Shown here: positions 37,111-50,759 of the stretch, piece by piece | How the letters are laid out: every line of letters starts with the position of its first letter | Numbering within the stretch: the first letter of the stretch is position 1 | Source of the DNA: Octopus vulgaris | Lineage: Eukaryota | DNA length: 64,000 nucleotides | Direction of reading: 5' to 3' | Assembly: GCA_951406725.2 (NCBI GenBank) | Contig: OX597819.1 | Coordinates: 108,128,001-108,192,000 of the forward strand | Position numbers and translations under genes: made by a program | The notes under the pieces: model-generated | What the model was told of the DNA's origin: nothing | The model's database searches: none | What the model saw: the letters and a program-made list of their open reading frames with translations, nothing else

Positions 37111-38272
37111 TCATAATTCAGTGAAGGGAAGCCAGGATTTAACCATTGGATGATTTGCAGTGGGATTGCTCACCCTAAGTAATCCTACCTACTTCTTACT
37201 ACACAATGCGGTTAGCCTGAACCTGGACTATGCTTGAATGCTCATATGTTTTGCACTGTACATCACAACAATCTCTAAATTTTTTTGGCACAGTTCCTTT
37301 TTAGCATGCTGGATAAAAAAAGGGTTGTAAGCTCCTTGCTTGACCCTTTTCCATTTCTTGCATGCACAGAAGATTGTGAGTGGTACCAGACAATCTTTAC
37401 ACACCAAAATGTAATTAATTGAGATAGAGAGAGAGGGAGAAAGAGGGGAGGGGTATAGATGGAAGGCAGAGAGATTGAAGGAGAGCAGGGGGGAGAGAGA
37501 TGGAAGGAGAGAGAGGGGAGGGAGGGAGGGAGGGGGTACTGAAATTTTATTTATTGCCCTTGAAGGATGAAAGGCAAAGTTAAACAGTGAAATTTGAACT
37601 CAGAATGCAAAGAGCCAAAACAAATACCACAAGACATTTGTTCACCATACTAATTAATCTAGAAATTGAATGCCTTCATATTACACACACATCTATATCA
37701 AAGTATACAAGAATGAAGTATGTATGTAATTATACTGTTTTCTGTCAATGGATCATAGCCATGCCAGGGCATCACCTTCGAGGTTGAAGCAGCTCAAAGC
37801 AGCCCCTGCAGTTATTTCAGTTGCTCTATCTATATTTATGGAATAGCTGAAAGATTTATTGATGTAGAGGGATGTAATTCAAGACAAACCACATCTACAT
37901 GTGTAATAGGGTGCTACACATTCTAAATCTAGCAAATTTCACACATACGTTATTGGTCAACCTGAGGCTGTAATAGAAGCCTTTAGCACGAGATAGTGTG
38001 CAATGCACACACAAACACACACAAGTTCTAGTGCAACCTATTCAAATGAATATGGTAAAACCACATAGAAAAGGTATTCTGAATATGAACATATTGTATT
38101 AAAAGTGTGAGTCCAACAAAATATGTTTTGTTTTGTTCAATGAACACACCAGGAAACACAGAACCATGTTAGTGGCATTCATTTAAAGCTATCGCAAAAT
38201 AAAACATAATAATACTACATTATTTACATTATTTACATTTGACAAATATTTGTCCTCATCTTGTTTGTTGTT

Positions 38273-38318
38273 AACACAATGTTTCGGCTGATATACTCTC
38301 CAGCCTTCTTCAGGTGTC
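38273..38318 (-). ncRNA. Minimal type I hammerhead motif with one substitution in stem III
   Basis: gacac-CTGAAGA-a-ggctg-gagagtatat-cagcc-GAAA-ca-tt-gtgtt. Confidence 0.7.
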
Positions 38319-38450
38319 CTGGGGAAATTTCGAACCTGGGTTCTCATTCTCAGGGTATTTTTCAGTGACCTGAATAATAGTAATAATAATAATAATAATA
38401 ACTTCAAAGAATACCTTAGGAATGAGAACCCTGGTTCGAAATTTCCCCAG

Positions 38451-38496
38451 GACACCTGAAGAAGGCTGGAGAGTATATCAGCCGAAACGTTGTGTT
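38451..38496 (+). ncRNA. Intact minimal type I hammerhead ribozyme (Penelope-type)
   Basis: Stem I gacac/gtgtt; core CTGAAGA plus an extra A; stem II ggctg/cagcc; GAAA; palindromic stem III AACGTT. Predicted cleavage after GUU at 38491. Confidence 0.8.
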
Positions 38497-41400
38497 AACA
38501 ACAAACAAGATGAGGACAAATATACGTTAAATGTAAATAATGTACATAATTCTTCATCTCTCAAATATAGAACTGTATGATAATACTAATAATAAAAAAT
38601 AATTCATACAGTGGTGTTTGTTCTTCATGTTAAATCCAATCCTGTTACTTGAAATTTGAACTCAGAACGTAAAGATGAATGAAACGCTGTTAGCATTTTG
38701 CCTGGCATCCTAACAATTTTTCCAACTCGCTGCCTTAATTCAATGAGTAATATCAGTTCAGTTTCTCTTTCGTGATTATTGTTGTTTTTGCAGTTTGTGT
38801 TGTTTAGCCCCAAGTCTGCACCGATTGAATAAATCTATGATCAAATGTGTTCCAGCCATGCCCATCTTGTATTTTGTTTATTGACAGTATATTCTTCCTT
38901 CTTTTCTGTTTTTTTTTTAAAGACATGATGTATTGGAATAAATTTGGATGTTATTTCTAGCAGCTTGAGTGGTTGCATAGAAGCTCCTTTTTCATAGTTG
39001 ATGTTGTTCTTGTTGCTGATGGTGGTGGTGATGCCGCTGATGTTCTTGTTGTTGCTGGTCTTATTTATAAACCTGTTGATATTTAACAAAATATTACAGG
39101 AGTTGTTTATGTTATTGTCAGGGCTGCTGTCTTATAGTCACCATCACTATTGATATTGTCATTGTAGCTGTAGCTGTAATTGTTGTGGTGAGTATGTTTA
39201 GTGCCATTTGAAACAGGAGACTGAGATGAAGTGGTAGAACACACATTGAGACAAACTCATACACAAACTCACATACAAATACTCACACAATGACAGAATC
39301 ACACACACAAAACAAACAAAAAATACATACACAGAGGAATTTACACACAAACACTGGCAGACCTATACATACACATACAAAAAAACAAAAGGAAACACAC
39401 ATGCATACACACACAAACACACACACACAAACACTAGTTAGCTGACACTTAAGGTGTAGAGTGTTGTTTTTATGTCAAACTACTTCAGGGAACCAATTAG
39501 TAGATTGACAGACATCCAGATGTTTGTTACATTTCAACAACCTGAACAATCCACCCATCCGACCCACCCCACTTTCTCTCTTCTTCTCTATCCATACCCT
39601 CTGAATATTCTGAAATGTCTGAAATAATGAGGACATTTCTATCTGTGTCACATCATGATCATCTTCTGACATGGTTGGTGGAGCAGTAGCTTGTGTGATC
39701 CTAGAATTCCTACAGTAATGTTGTTTGAATCTTAGCTCTGATTAAGGCTTCAGTTAGTGCTCCAGCTTGGCTCTGATTAGAGAGGTGCAGCTTGGGTTCT
39801 GATTAAAAAATCCAGTTATGGGTTAGAGCTCCTACAATGACTCCAACTAGGGCTCTACAAGCATATGATGAGAGCATGTGCATGGTCATTTAACTAACAA
39901 AAATAGCTAAATTCCCCTCACATCATATACAACCATTTTAAAGAAGGAAGAACACATAGTATGATATTGTTCTAGATACACTTACACAGATGGGATGATC
40001 ACAGGTTTGTCCAATTAGTGCTGACCTTGATGCTAAACAACAACAACAGCTAGAACACTACTAGAGCAATTGATTACTCCTGATTGTTTAGGATAATTGA
40101 CTTTTCCTTGTCCATATGAAGAATTTTAGTATTGGAGCAAACAAGACTGACATAAGAGATCTCATTCTTTTGTTGTTGTTGTTGTTGTTATTGGAAGAGT
40201 CATTAGGAGATTGGGTAGAAAGTTTTTTCAGATTTCTCTCCCAATTTCAACTTCTGCTGTGGTCCACTTTGCCTTTGGACCCTTCTGGGTTGATAAATAA
40301 AATATCAGTCAAGTAGTGAGGTTGCTTCTCTTCTCTGTCTTGAGGTCATCTATGTTGAAAAGGCCAAGAAATGAGCATTCACATCATGGCTGCATTAATC
40401 TTTTCCATATCACTTCTGTAGATCTACTAAAAGAGTCCCGATCCAGCTGACCTATAATCAAACATGTTCAATTTCATCTTTTTATAGACACAGTCTCTCC
40501 ACCCACCTCTCTGTGTAATTACATTATCCAATGTGTTTCGTTTTTTTTTTCTTTTAAGACAATGCTTGTGATTTGAGGAAGACATTGAAATCATTTCTAT
40601 TAAGAGCTGTGATGGTTTTAACACTAGTGGCTGTAGCTGTTGTCATTGGCTTGTGGTAGCTACAGTTGTTATTCTTTGGTGGTTATACTGGTTATTGTGG
40701 TTTGTCCGTAGGTAAACTCTGAATTAAAATACAATGATGCAGTGGCGTGTTTTACAGATTATTTGTACGTCTTATATATGTTGCTGAAATGTTTTGATGA
40801 TATAATTCTCAGTAATCTGGGCTAAGATTGAATCTGGAACTTCTATTTACCAAACGGCTATGCTTTAACCACTGGCCTTACTATCCTGAAGGACAACAGT
40901 GCTGTCATTTTAAAGATCTTAAACATAAGATTTAACCAACTTGTCTCCATATATTTTGGTATGTCAAGTGCAGGCTGCCACTAAATGTATGTGTGAGTGT
41001 ACACACACACACACATGTAAACATATAAATGCAAAAGAAACTGGAGTAAAAATAGTTTTTGAATACTGAAAGTTGAGTAGACTACTATTTCAATGAAGCA
41101 GAAAGAAACCTTGCAAACTGTTACCCAGAGTTTCATGTAAACCATTCATCAGACAGTTTCTGACCAGCATGAAATTCCGAGTAACAGTTTGTGAAGATTT
41201 TTTTTCAACTATAGTAATATAGAGTGCGTGTGTGTGTGTGTGCATGTGCATGCATATGCACACGTGTGTGTATTGGAGGCAACAAATTTCATTTAAGCAT
41301 GTGGTTGGCTGTGAGTACATGCTACTGACAAAGTCACAATGATGCAGAAATTAATCTAGCATACTCACTAGCCACTGCTGTGATGTGTTTTGTCTCACTA

Positions 41401-42504
41401 TAGCATATATTGTGTTTTCAAATGCATAACATACACAAAATATTATCTTCAAATAAATATTGCTTTAAATATGCCTTTCAGGACATATTCACATTAAGTA
41501 TATGTATGATATATGGTTATCTAATATTGATTCTATTGCATATGATGAATTTTTTTTCATCCAGGTGGCTATTTGTAGCATCAGTGAATGTTTATTCACT
41601 GTTTTCCTATATTAGTGGAAGCAACAACTCTTCTCTGAGCATGTGTCTGTCTGTGAATACACATTACTGACAATGCCCAAAGATACAGAAATATATCTGG
41701 TGTTCCCATGAGCCACTTCTGGTAGTTTTCATTGTGTATATTGTGTTTTTAAACACAGCACATCCATAAGACTAAGACATATTTTCACCAACTGATTACT
41801 GTCTCATGCCCCTTACTTAGTGATTTGTGAAAATTCAAGTGGTAGTACAACCTTCAGCTGACTACACACACACACACACACAAACATGCATACACGCACA
41901 TGCATACGCACATACACCACACATCCATATATTTATATGAGAGAGACAGAAGTAATCTCAATAGTGCTTAGTAGTTCCACATTGCCTCCTGACCCTAAGA
42001 TACCTAATGTGGATGGGTTGTTATCAAAAATAAAGAATCAAGCTACTATGTGCGCCATGAAGTCTGTCATTCATCATAAAATAGTAATGTGAGGCGAGTA
42101 ATCTATTGGTTTGTCAACTATTACTATCATCACTCAATGCCCAGCTCCACACAACCATCACCTCCATCATGTTCAACATCCCACTCAAGTCTCTCTCAGG
42201 CTGACTGTGGATTATGGGATTATACCTAATTAATTTCCTTGTCAATGGCGGTTGGTCGGTCTGTTGGCTGGTTGAGTGTGGAGAATCTTTGGATATCGCT
42301 ACCTCTCCCCACAAGATACGACTTAATGGAGAACGGAGGATAGAGGGATGGGACGGGGTGTTGGGGGGCTGAGTTAGGGTGGGTGATTTTTTGTTAGACA
42401 AGAAGAAAGAATCATGGTTATAATATTTTCTTCATCATCATTATCAGCAACACCACCATGACAATTGTGACTGCTGCCACCAACATTAAACCATCACCAC
42501 TGTG

Positions 42505-42579
42505 TCTACTACTACTACTACAACTACCACCACCACCACTACTAAAACTACTACAACAACTACCACCACCACCACCACC

Positions 42580-42617
<38 letters not shown>

Positions 42618-42650
42618 AACAACAACTACAACTACTACTACTACTACTAT
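42505..42650. repeat. (CTA/CCA/CAA)n trinucleotide tract
   Basis: Visible directly. Similar tracts at 32497-32650, 46640-46840 and 53290-53720. Confidence 0.95.
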
Positions 42651-43338
42651 TTTGATTTATTTACTCAATCAGGATGTTAGCCTGAGAGTAAGCGAACAAC
42701 AACTACAATTGGATCAGTGAGAAAATATATATAATACATATGTAAATAATCTGCTTCTTCACCATTTTTTTTCTAAAAAGGTAATTTGGTAAACAGAGGT
42801 ACAGGTGTTATGGTTGTCAAAGGCTTAGGGACCTTGGTTGTTTTTGTTGTTGTTCTACCCCAAATCAACCTAAAAGTCAAAGGCACTCCAGCCTTATCCA
42901 TCCTGTTTTTTTTTTATTCATGCAGTGTATCTTGGACTATGTTATTTAATGTGACCATTTAAAGAATACTGTAGGACGTGATCTGAGAAAGAGTTGATTA
43001 TTTCTAGAAAGTCCGAAAACCACATAACAACTTCCTTGTCAGTTCATTGATGGTTGTCAGGGGTAAATGTGAGTCAGATTACTGAAGTACAAGTAATTTA
43101 TGATTGTGGTACTGTATTATAGGTCATAAGGCAAAGGTAAATGTAGAGGCAGTAAAATAGTGGCGGTGGTGATGGCAGCAAAACCAGTAGAGAAAGTAGT
43201 AGTAGTGGTGGTGATGATAATAATGGTAGTAATCTAATTACTGAGAAAGAGGAAATATATGCTGAAGGTAGGTTGTTTTCAAGGTCCTGAGGTATAAACT
43301 ATTGGAGACTTGTGAGAAACAACTACTCTATATCTTAG

Positions 43339-43565
43339 GCGAGCTGGCAGAAACGTTAGAGCGCCAGGCGAAATGCTTAACGGTATTTCGTCTGTCGTTG
43401 CGTTCTGAGTTCAAATTCCGCCGAGGTAGACTTTGCCTTTCATCCTTTCGGGGTCGATAAATAAAGTCCCAGTTTCGCACTGGGGTCGATGTAATCGACT
43501 TAATCCCTTTGTCTGTCCTTGTTTGTCCCCTCTATATTTAGCCCCTTGTGGGTAGTAAAGAAATA
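43339..43565 (+). mobile_element. Young SINE family B copy with 10-bp TSD
   Basis: CpG-rich; head gcgagctggcagaa, B-box gagttcaaattcc, core gcctttcatcctttcggggtcgataaa (resembles the Meta/MESC SINE domain). TATATCTTAG at 43329-43338 and 43566-43575. Confidence 0.88.
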
Positions 43566-44223
43566 TATATCTTAGAGACATACTAAAGGTTTTTAAAGCA
43601 CAGAATATTCTAATAAATTAGGTGTCAAGATTGTAGGTTCTGAAGTATATGTACATTAGTCAAAAGAAACATTAGGTTCCTGAATTAAATATATTGTACA
43701 TTCCAGCAGTATAAAGTATTAATGACTCCTGTGGTACCTCTTTGACTAAAGGTATCAGAAGCTTAACTAACCTAGATTCATGTCTGTGAGTACAGAGGGT
43801 ACCTTAAGGACTGAGAAATACGTACCTAGTTTCTGAAAGTTGAAGAATATTTTGGATCTTCTGTGTTACATGTAGTTACCTAATCCCTCAGACTCATAAA
43901 CTACAACAGGATCCTGACATGTGTGTGTGTGCTAGGTACTTGAGTACCTCAATGTTTCAAGGTACACTCCCCACCTGTACCTGTCCCGTATAGTCTCCTC
44001 CAACTAATGAAGTGTAGGTAGCATGTAGTTGATGGTATCTTACTCCACTCCCCACCCTATGCCCAACCATACTGACCAAAGCAAGTCAAGTAGAGTAATA
44101 TGTCTGGCCTAAGCTTGCACTCAATAATGCTATGCCCGTGGCTGTCTTTGAACTGGTGACCTTCATATTGGCCATCAATCATATTTCCTCTCATTGAAGC
44201 AATTTATATTACATTGTTTTTAT

Positions 44224-44277
<54 letters not shown>

Positions 44278-44908
44278 GACAGAGGAGAGTGAAACAACAT
44301 TTCTAGAATAACATTTCTAGAATGTTTCATATTAATAAAGTGGAAAGGGAAACATAGCAAAGGGAAGAAATGAAAGAATTTGTGTTTGTGCGTGTGCATG
44401 ATTTATATATATATATATATATATATATTCAAATTAACTTACACTCTATCTTTATAGACAAATATATTTATGCATACATTGATACACATATATCTGCACA
44501 CAAATATACTTACATTTATATATAATACTACACATATACATATCCATTGCCTAACTTTCACACACTAACATACACCCTCCTCTGTCTCTCTAACACCATT
44601 ACAGTACAGTTCCCCAAGGACCGATGATAAGATAGTAGAATAAATAACAGCCTCATAAATAGACATTACTATATTCATCTTCACATCAAAAATAGCAACC
44701 TCCAATAGAGTTTGTTGTATTTGAAAGTCATTAAAGTTATTCCAGCTGTCTGCCGTCTTTGTCAGCCATCTTGCGGCTTGTTCAAGTCACGAGAACTGTG
44801 GATTTTGGATATTCTTTTGTAATAATTTGCCTATTATTATTATTGTTGTTGTTTATCATGGATGCATGTACTTAAAGATGTCTTCTTAGACGGTAATTTC
44901 CCCTAGGA

Positions 44909-45169
44909 CAATAGTTCTCAACTAGGGTCCATTTGGCTCTGTAGGAGTCCATGATAAGATTTTGTCGTTAAAATTTATCTGCAATAATAAACTGGTTATA
45001 TTTCCATAATACATAAAATATTTAAAGATTCTTTTATTCAGTTCCAAATAATATTTAATAATAAAAATAAAATGAATCTTTAGACATTGAATGGCTATGA
45101 GGGTCCCCTTCCCTGAGTAAAATAGGTATCAAAGGGGTCCTATAGGCAAAAAGTGGTCAAGAACCACTG
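44909..45169. mobile_element. hAT (Charlie-like) MITE
   Basis: TIRs caatagttctcaac / gtcaagaaccactg, with decayed 8-bp flanks ccctagga / ctcttgga. A related left end sits at ~54836. Confidence 0.7.
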
Positions 45170-45349
45170 CTCTTGGATTACTTATTTAAAAAAAAAAAAT
45201 TTTCTTTGTGGTTCTTTTTGCCAACAAAGGACTTTAGAATATGTAAACATACATCCCATTACCATCAGCTCTAAGAACTGAGAGGGGTAGGGATTTGAGA
45301 AGATGAGGGGCCTCATCATTCAGAACAGAATCAACAAGAGAATCCATGC

Positions 45350-45590
45350 ATCAGGTCCACTCCATCTTTTCTCCAATAGATAATACCTGCACATCAATAA
45401 TGCAATTGCCCATGTATTGATTGCTTGAAATTTATTTCTTCCACACATTTGACTGCAACACCCATCTAAGACTTCGGAGGTACTCTTGTTTAAAACTTTT
45501 CTTCATTTCTTCTCCCATCACTTCGCTTACCTTCGATATGCCCTAGTATTTATGCCCAGTATCACTTTTGTTCACTATTGTTTTTCAATG
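45350..45590 (-). pseudogene. Decayed R4/Dong-type LINE RT fragment
   Basis: GHKY*GI...EMKKSFKQEYLRSLRWVLQS...NKFQAINTWAIALL, homologous to 62290-62460. Confidence 0.65.
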
Positions 45591-46345
45591 ATGACAGTAG
45601 TTTGTTGTCAAATGGGATCTGTTGGGTAGATCTGATGACACAAAGTTAGGCTAATGATACACAGGGAGCCTATGATACAGAGGTAATATAATAAATACCC
45701 AACACACATAAGCTGTAAAACAACAGAAAACTATCAAATAAATGGTGATAGAATAGTAAATGAATATTAAGCTAAAAAAAACTCTTTAAGGACCAGTGTT
45801 TAGCTCTGGTGATCTGGAGAGAAATTTCCCTCATGGATAGGACAACAGTCTTTCACAAATTACATTCTCAGATGATCTGATACTATTACCTTAGCTAAGA
45901 ACAAAGTGTTCTGTCTTGAGTCATTAATAGAGACCTCTATATAGTTACTCAACTATATAGCAACCAAATATCCCCCAAACAACACCCAACTGACTTACAA
46001 AGGAGATGTTGCATTAAACAATGTACTCCATCGTCATCAGCACTTAACATCCATTTTTCCATGCTGGCATGGGTTGGATGGTTCAACATGAAGTAATGAG
46101 CCAGAGGGCTGCACCAAGTTCCAGTATCTACTGTGGCATGGTTTCAACAGCTGGATTCCCTTCCTAATACCAATCACTTTACAGAGTGTACTGAAACAGT
46201 CGTGTCTAGAACCTCTTTGATGATAGGCTAAAGAATGACAAGTGCTCTGTCCCAGAAGTACAATTAAACATCTGCCTAAGAACTGAACTGACAAATTATG
46301 AGCAAGCAGACTATTTTACTTCAACGATGAAGCTCAAGAGCCAGG

Positions 46346-46450
46346 CAGGATATTTACATGAATCCAAGTACCCAGGATATTTACATGAATCCAAGTACCC
46401 AGGATATTTACATGGATCCAAGTACCCAGGATACTTACATGAATCCAAAT
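46346..46450. repeat. 27-bp tandem repeat x~4
   Basis: caggatatttacatgaatccaagtacc units. Confidence 0.95.
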
Positions 46451-47289
46451 ACTCCATACACACTTAGCTCTTTTGTGATACAGATATTTACAGATGACAA
46501 ACATGACCAGTGAAGCTCCAGACATCACATCTCTAAAGAAATGGTGATGAAGAGAAGAGACACTTGCAGCAGCAAATGATGAAGGTGACAAACTGGGGAG
46601 GTAGGTGAAAAAGGTTGCAAGGAAGGTAATGCATGATGAATGTCATGATAATAATGATGACAATGATGATGATGGAAGTGATGTTGATAATGGTGTTGGT
46701 GATGATGATAGTGGCAGTGATTATCATTTATGATAATGATAAATGATGATGATAGTGATAATGGTGATGATGATTATGATGGTGGTGGTGATGATGATGA
46801 TGATGATACTGATGGCTATGATGAAAGTGATAATTATTATGATAGGCTTCAGAATAAGAAAAAAGGTAAAAATCAATCAGTAATTGCATTGATTATTGAT
46901 TTTAATTGTGAGAGGCTTGGCTTTTCAGTGTAGTGTGGCCTTCATCTGAAGCATAGGAATATGTAAAGTGAACAAACTGGTCACACTGACCACACTGGCT
47001 ATGGTGTAGAGGTTGCTAGTGGGAAGGGGACAACAGAATGAAAGAACACACATACGCATACATACACACATACTTATATACATATATGAATATATCATTT
47101 CAAACACACACACGCATGCATGTACACAGCAAAATACATCACTCCATCTATACACATGCACATAACATTCAAATATACACACACATACATACAAGTATAC
47201 ATAGACGATGTAATGAATATTATTAGACTTCAAAATAATAATTTTAAAAAAACTATAGCAGTCAGATTTTTCCTTTTACAAAACAATAT

Positions 47290-48300
47290 CTCATAATTCA
47301 TCTGCAGTACCAGTACTGGTGCCAACATAAGAGTCACTTGCTAAGTCTATAGACAAAACCTATTCCCAAGATATAAAAACCTGCAAGATCATGAAATTAT
47401 CTGGAAGCTTCTATAGAAATAGTGATAAGGATTGGCTTTATATCAGAAGAAAAGCATCTTGAGATCCATTCAGACAGCCTTTGATTGGCATGTGGTACTA
47501 TGTAAACAACATCTGTTATTAATAACAAGGAAATATAATTAGACCAAGAAAATTATCAAAAGTGAAGAGAGCACAACACCTTATGGGGCAGGAGTGAATT
47601 CCTCAAGAAGTATTCACTTCCTGATGTCCTCCCATGTGATCCCAAAACTGCTGGACTAGCATATCTCAACAAAAGACCAGGAAGTAAAAACTTTGCTCCT
47701 CCTCCAACCACCCACAAATGTTATGCATGAATGAGTGTCCTGTAAATTTGAGGATGATGCTAACATTAACAGGAAGTGTAGTCCCACCTGCACTTATGAG
47801 TGGTTATTACATCACATCGTATTTTGAAGTTTATGGATTTGCTATGTAAGAGCAAGAGAGAGTTACAAAATATCTTTTGAATAAAATATACTACAAAACA
47901 CTTGAAACCTCAAGATGCAACTGAAAATATTGATTATGTCACATTTCTGAGGAAAATGTTACACGTGATCAGCAGCTGCTTAAAAACGTCAAGGTACTAC
48001 CTTCTAATGCATTATGATGTTGCTAAAAAATATATAATGCGCTCCATAGAAAAGACTGCTCTGGAATAAATATAGAAAATACATCTATCATTGACTATAT
48101 ACAAATGTTTCAACACAAGGAATATTGATGGAACATTTTCCTCAAAAACTTCTTCCAAACTTAACTATAATAGAATTGAATAATTGTTTAGGACAGAAAA
48201 ACAAAAACAAAAATTGCATAGTTAGAGATGTCAGCAGTCCTGCAGATAGGAACATTTCTTTTAAAACCAAAAAACCAATATGAAAAAGAATATTTGCAGT
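47290..48300 (+). pseudogene. Old RLE-type (R4/Dong-like) LINE remnant
   Basis: Frameshifted relics KTCKIMKLSGSFYRNSDKDWLYIRRK, LCHISEEN..HVISSC, YDVAKK, and DRKTK..VRDVSSPADRNISFK. Confidence 0.6.
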
Positions 48301-49469
48301 CAACTGTTTTGTAGTCAACAGCTTCTCGAGAGAGATTATAAATCTTTAAAAATAAATCATTTTAATGGTATATCTCAAAGTGGATACAACTATAAATAAC
48401 AGTTTCTGGTTTAGGCACAAGGCTCAAAGTTTTGAGGTGTGGTGGGGTACTTTATTTTATAGATCCCAAAAAGGAGAAAGGCAAAATTGAACTTAGCAGG
48501 ATTTGTTGACTCAGAACATGAAGAGCTGAGACAAATACTGCAATACATTTTGTATAATACATTAATGATTCTTTCATAAACAATAACATGTAATATATCG
48601 GGCTAAAAAAAAAAAAGCCTGCATCTTCATATATGACAGATGTAATCTTCAGTCTCTCTTCTGTCAACTTGGATGCTTAGTTCTTCCAAGTGAGAAAGTA
48701 AGTTTGCTTACATTATGAAAATGTAGAAGTTCCAAGAAAATATGAAATAAATCATTCTAAAGGTGTCTCTCAAAGTGGATGCTGCTGTATTATAGCATAT
48801 AATATAATGGGTTAAAATAAAACTTCAGATGGAAAAAGATCAAAGGTTACTGGAGAGACACGAACCTGCAACTTTTGTACCCATAACATAATTTGTATTT
48901 GTGCCTATAATTACTAGTGTTTTCAGTAATGTAATTAAATGCCTAAGACCCTAATGTTAAAAACCTGACGTTTTTAAGCAGAGAAAATTACCAGTAACTA
49001 CTCATTTCACAAATACAGTTTGTAAGTGGAACAGTAAAAATTAACAAGACTTTTCTAAAGTTGTATGTGTAATTCTTTGCTATTGATCTTATCAACAATG
49101 TTGGAGCTTTGTTTCTTTGCTAGAAACCAGATCTTCTTTATAAGAGGATTCAAACTAAAAACAAAAATTAAATAAAAAAGAAACACACAAACAAACACAT
49201 TACACAGATACACTCATATATACATATATAAATACAAGTACAAACAAGTACATAAATTCATGCCTATGCATACACAGAAATACATATATGAATATGAAGA
49301 CAAACATAGTGAAATGTAGACACATACAGATGTGATTGATACACGCTGGATGTATTCATTGTATATAATACAGTTGAAGTTGTAGAACTGGTCTGGAATA
49401 TGGTGTGAGGTAGTTTGGTGTGCAATATGGTGTTAAATAGTGTAGTATGGTGTGTGGTGGGAGGTGGCA

Positions 49470-49960
49470 TGATGTAGTGTAGTGTGCTGTCGAGTGTGGT
49501 ATAGCTGAGTGTGGTATGATTAAGTGTGGTGTAGTTGAGTGTGGTGTAGATGAGTGTGGTACAGTATGATGTGTAGTGTGCTGTCTAGTGTAGTACAGTC
49601 AAGTGTAGTGTAGTCGAGTGTATGTAGTCGAGTGTGGTGTAGATGAGTGTGGTACAGTATGATGTGTAGTGTGCTGTCTAGTGTAGTACAGTCAAGTGTG
49701 GTGTAGATGAGTGTGGTGTAATTGAGTGTGGTATAGATGAGTGTGGGATAGTTGAGTGTGGTGTAGCTGAGTGTGGGGTGGCTGAGTGTGGTGTAGATGA
49801 GCATGGTACAGTATGATGTAGTGTAGTGTGCTGTCTAGTGTGGTACAGTTGAATGTGGTGTAGATGAGTGTGGTATAGAATGATGTGGTGTAGTATGATA
49901 ATATGATGTGTGTATTGTAATGCAAGTGTAGTGTAGTCAAGTGTGGTGTAGTGTTTCTCA
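49470..49960. repeat. GT-rich minisatellite (15-bp gagtgtggtgtagat-type units with higher-order duplication)
   Basis: Visible directly. Confidence 0.9.
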
Positions 49961-50551
49961 TAGTATAGGAGAAAGGAGATGATGTGTTTCATGTATAAGA
50001 GGGTGTAAATATATTTAGTATAGACTACTGTGGGGTGTTGCGTTTATTGCAATATAGGAGGGTATAGACAACAGGTTTTACTGTGGTTGTTGTTATTGTT
50101 TATCTTATCACTGGCCAGTCCTGACTGAGCAGACCTATGATCAAAAACATTCCAGCTATGACCATCCCAGCTTATTCTTTCAGCTATCATGTTTTTAAAC
50201 ACTGTTATGCAATATAGTTTTTGATATAAGGTGTCAGGGTGCAATACAAGGTTAATTTGGCTGCTATTTCAAGCAAAGGCCTGAGTAGCCAGCAGGTACA
50301 GTAGAACAAAGTGTAATTGTACAGGCTGGCCTTGTGTGGTATGTATTGTGCTGTGGAATACAATGGGGAGATATGATGTATAATAATGATTTCTAACATA
50401 GATACAAGGGGAAGAAGTATGCTTAAATTAACTGACTCCAGTATATGTGACTAGTACTTTGTTTCATCTTTTTTATCATTTATCTTTCACTTAACCTCTT
50501 AACATATTATCCTGTATATTTTCGTTCAGAGATGTCTAGTAAATACATACT

Positions 50552-50712
50552 AGGCACAGGAGTGGCTGTGAGGTAAGTAGCTTGCTTACCAACCACATGG
50601 TTCCCGGTTTAGTCCCACTATGTGGCACCATGGGCAAATGTCTTCTACTATAGCCTTGGGCCGACCAAAGCCTTGTGAGTGGATTTGGTAGATGGAAACT
50701 GAAAGAAGCTTG

Positions 50713-50759
<47 letters not shown>

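Larger units (their letters stand above)
38206..38588. mobile_element. Palindromic hammerhead element, copy 2 (central tRNA heads deleted)
   Basis: Arms ~38218-38362 and ~38410-38576 are inverted and homologous to copy 1. Candidate TSD ATAATAATACTA (38206-38217) / ATGATAATACTA (38577-38588). Confidence 0.85.

Noticed and set aside
46346-46450. 27-bp direct repeats as a CRISPR-like array
   Set aside because: The repeats are contiguous with no unique spacers, there are no cas genes, and the context is eukaryotic.
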